NCBI GenBank assembly: GCA_036172245.1
Contig: JAYWIR010000007.1
Location: 4,650,001 to 4,714,000, forward strand
From: Raillietiella orientalis
Taxonomy: Eukaryota
Direction: 5' to 3'
Length of the DNA: 64,000 nucleotides
Shown: positions 62,903-64,000 of the stretch, one piece after another
Numbering within the stretch: the first letter of the stretch is position 1
How the letters are laid out: each line of letters begins with the position of its first letter
Notes under the pieces: model-generated
The model's database searches: none
What the model saw: only the letters and a program-made list of their open reading frames with translations
What the model was told of the DNA's origin: nothing
Translations under genes and position numbers: made by a program

Positions 62903-64000
62903 TTTCTGTTGCTTTGGAACATCCGGTGCACGAGGTGCTCAGCCGTATCCCAGTCGGAGCAGCATCCCGTTCCGTCGTCCGAGGGATCGAGTCCTCCCGA
63001 GGAACCTCCCGAGTCCCCCCAGGCGTTTTCTGCCACCTTACGAGGGGAAAGCTGGCGCTTTGGTTAAGCGCCAGAAGTTGCGTGGCGGTGGTGGTGGTGG
63101 TGGGGGGCTTCGGCACCCTCCGCCCTCCTGTCCCTCGTCCCGCACGCATCTCCCCCTTCGTTTCCCACTCGCTGCCACCGAGCGCGCCAGCGGCAGCGGC
63201 GGAAACTGGCGCAATCCGAGCGGCGCCACACGTGCGCCAAGCAGGCCTCCCTCGTTCGGCGCCAGGGCGCGCGACTCGGCTGCCCCTTTTTTCCTTCGTC
63301 GTTTTCTTTTTTTTTTTTTTTATTTTTATTTTTAGCCGGGGGAGCAACAATGCGCCGACGGTGGCTGCGCGCCCCGCGAGGCCCGAAAATAACGCCGGGA
63401 TGGCGCCTAATTATATCTCAATAATGGGGCGAGTCGTGTCGGGACCGCCGGCGCACCGCCGGAACTCGGCTTTCACGTAATGACCACCGCGTTCCTGCGG
63501 GCGCCGCGCGCGACCCGTGGTCACAGTCGCCAGGAGACGCGCGTTCCGCGCTCGCCCCACCCCGGTCGCGGGGTGGGGGTGAAGAAAAAAAAGAGAGCCG
63601 CCGCGCCTTCCCCGCGCTCCGAGCGGGGGGAGGGAGTTCTCCTCCGCCACCCCCCACCCCCCCCCTCTTCTTCTTCTGCGTGCCAAGAAGCGCAGCAGAC
63701 GGTGCCCCGCCCGAGCCCCCTCCACGTGGCCCTTGCGCGTGCATCCGTCCCCAACGCGGTTTGCGCTCTTCGCATTCGGTGTTGTTTTGATGCGCGAGCT
63801 CTCTTCGTCGTGACATTCGGGAAAGGGGGAGCGACGGCGGCGCGCTTTCCCGTCACGCTGGGAAGATGATCTCTTCAACCCATTCGTTCCGATCCGAGAA
63901 TGCTGCCCAAACCGTGCTGATATACGTACACACACACACACACACGCGCGCGCGCGCCTGGAATCTTTGCTCGCCAGAGGCTCTTTTGCATTTAGAAGCC

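Noticed and set aside
1..64000. CRISPR arrays, telomeric arrays, rRNA and prokaryotic operons
   Set aside because: I saw no regularly spaced repeats, only isolated TTAGGG, no rRNA motifs and no operon-like ORF packing.

Overview
Eukaryotic-style DNA, GC-rich (roughly 60-65% by eye) with no visible CpG depletion. It is saturated with homopolymer runs (A up to 25, T up to 31, C up to 24), microsatellites, (CG)n tracts and long homopurine/homopyrimidine tracts. I found no prokaryotic operons, rRNA, tRNA, CRISPR array or intact transposable element, and I cannot name any gene. The long ORFs in the track are Arg/Pro/Gly/Ser-rich by-products of high GC that read through simple repeats. The sequence does show vertebrate-like features: GT-AG-bounded exon-like segments on both strands, two clusters of CpG-island promoter motifs (~23.1-23.3 kb, ~59.9-60.4 kb) and a faint SINE-like trace. 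The exon candidates encode protein-like but unrecognisable peptides and only locally join into phase-consistent chains. The sharpest anomaly is a 363-bp AT-rich island at 18.67-19.04 kb. Two readings remain open: an extremely GC-rich sauropsid-type microchromosome or subtelomeric region, or non-natural (model-generated or poorly assembled) sequence. I cannot support a claim of a new biological system from sequence alone.
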